This document shows, piece after piece, positions 62,869 to 64,000 of a stretch of 64,000 nucleotides of DNA. The stretch is from a virus (lineage: Duplodnaviria > Caudoviricetes). The first letter of the stretch is position 1. Each line of letters opens with the position of its first letter. The stretch is taken from the IMG/VR virus record IMGVR_UViG_3300042139_000023, one strand, 5' to 3'. The notes under the pieces were generated by a model. It saw only the letters and a list, made by a program, of their open reading frames with translations, made no database searches and was not told the DNA's origin. Position numbers and translations under genes: made by a program.

Positions 62869-63402
62869 ATGAAGCCGACAGAACTGCAAGAAGCGGAGAT
62901 CTTCGACGTTGACGGCACGCTGTGCAACGTCACCAGCGTCCGCCACTACGTCACGCCGCCGAACCGGGACTTCCACTCCTTCCACATGGCTTCCGCCTTC
63001 TGCCCGCCGCACGAGGAGGTGGTCGAGCGGGTGCACGAGGCCAAGGCCAAGGGGCGAGCCGCCATCGTGGTGACCGCCCGCATGGCCCGGTACCGGACCC
63101 TCACCCGGAAGTGGCTTCAGAGCTGCGGGATCCCGTTCGACAGCCTCTGGATGCGAGCGAACGACGACTTCCGCAAGGACGCGATCGTGAAGCGGGAGAT
63201 CCTGGCCAAGATCCGAGCCAACGGATTCGTCGTGATGAAGGCGCACGACGACAACCCGGCCGTGATCGAGGTGTGGGAAGACGAGGGAATCGAGACCCAG
63301 ATCGTGCCCGGATGGGACGATCAGTTCACCGGCCTCCTGCTGCCGCAGGACGGCCTGACCGTGGTCCGTGAGACGGGCCACGCCGGAGAGGGGAAGCAGT
63401 GA
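62869..63402 (+). CDS. HAD phosphatase, PNKP (T4 PseT C-terminal)-like
   Basis: FDVDGTL, VVTAR, LWMRANDDFRKDAIVKREI, AHDDNPAV. Confidence 0.88.
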   Translation: MKPTELQEAEIFDVDGTLCNVTSVRHYVTPPNRDFHSFHMASAFCPPHEEVVERVHEAKAKGRAAIVVTARMARYRTLTRKWLQSCGIPFDSLWMRANDDFRKDAIVKREILAKIRANGFVVMKAHDDNPAVIEVWEDEGIETQIVPGWDDQFTGLLLPQDGLTVVRETGHAGEGKQ

Positions 63403-63671
63403 GTATCAGGATCAAGCCGCTCGGGAAGCGGCCCGACTACTTCGACGGCGAGTACGAGGCGACCGAGATCCGCCACGAGCCCACCGGGTGGGACACCTGG
63501 CCGACGGGACCCGTCTTCCCGGAAGGGCACATCTTCCAGGACAAGGACGGCAACGTCTACGAGGTCGTCGTTCCGCGCACCGTGCAGGAGCAGCGCATGG
63601 GCGACCCCTCCAGCGTCCGGTACATCCACGTGTACACCTGCCGCCCGGCCGACCCGAGGGACGCCGCCTGA
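63399..63671 (+). CDS. Hypothetical protein
   Basis: GTGA coupling. Confidence 0.7.
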   Translation: MSIRIKPLGKRPDYFDGEYEATEIRHEPTGWDTWPTGPVFPEGHIFQDKDGNVYEVVVPRTVQEQRMGDPSSVRYIHVYTCRPADPRDAA

Positions 63672-64000
63672 TGCTCTCGATCAAAGACGTCCTGACCCTC
63701 ATGGCCGAGGGAAAGCCGCTTCCGCAGCAGCAGTTCCCGGAGATCACCCAGAAGCAGATCGACGACCTTCAGGAGTTCGAGCCTGTCCTGCTGAACCGGC
63801 TGATCGAGTCGGAGGAGGGTGGCGAGGAGTCCGTCGACACCGTCCTGGCGGAGCTTCAGGAGAAGGTGGGTCAGCACGGCTGGTACCCGGTGGTCGCCGT
63901 GCTCTGCGTGGCGTTCTCCCGCCGGTACCACGAGGACATGGTCCCGGTGAACCTCCAGCTCTCCGACGACACGGTGGGCCTGCTGAAGATGCTCCCCATC
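63671..64000 (+). CDS. Hypothetical protein, partial (runs off the window)
   Basis: TGATG coupling; open to the window end: MLSIKDVLTLMAEGKPLPQQQ... Confidence 0.7.
   Translation, partial: MLSIKDVLTLMAEGKPLPQQQFPEITQKQIDDLQEFEPVLLNRLIESEEGGEESVDTVLAELQEKVGQHGWYPVVAVLCVAFSRRYHEDMVPVNLQLSDDTVGLLKMLPI

Noticed and set aside
1-64000. Stop-codon reassignment
   Set aside because: Genes end normally at TGA, TAG or TAA with tight coupling, and known proteins (TerL, ThyX, M4 protease, macrodomain) are full length in the standard code.
1-64000. Integrase, immunity repressor or other lysogeny module
   Set aside because: None recognised in this window, so lifestyle (temperate, lytic or prophage) cannot be decided from it.

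Overview
High-GC tailed-phage DNA, most likely a large actinobacteriophage (Streptomyces-like host is inferred). Left part, minus strand: capsid maturation protease (partial, missing from the ORF track), portal, terminase large subunit with an Ala-start class 3-type intein, and a probable terminase small subunit. These are interspersed with accessory genes: methyltransferases, an orphan HicB-like gene, a PnuC-like gene, a protealysin-like M4 protease and ThyX. A ~2.7 kb non-coding, compositionally odd segment (16.65-19.35 kb) behaves like a genome terminus or origin. It is followed by ~45 kb of co-oriented small early-type genes, including ArdA-like acidic proteins, a DarG-like macrodomain and a PNKP-type phosphatase. 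The most striking features lie outside the annotated genes: (1) a polarised hexamer CGGGAG that flips strand at ~17.5 kb and decays from roughly 8 per kb to background with distance, even inside coding sequence; (2) two families of repeated intergenic RNA structures with G-U wobbles and covariation; (3) nine intergenic GGCCTAGG(T/C)C operator-like palindromes; (4) two identical perfect CRP-consensus boxes in the non-coding segment. Motif counts are by hand and approximate. Family assignments come from recognised motifs, not from database searches.
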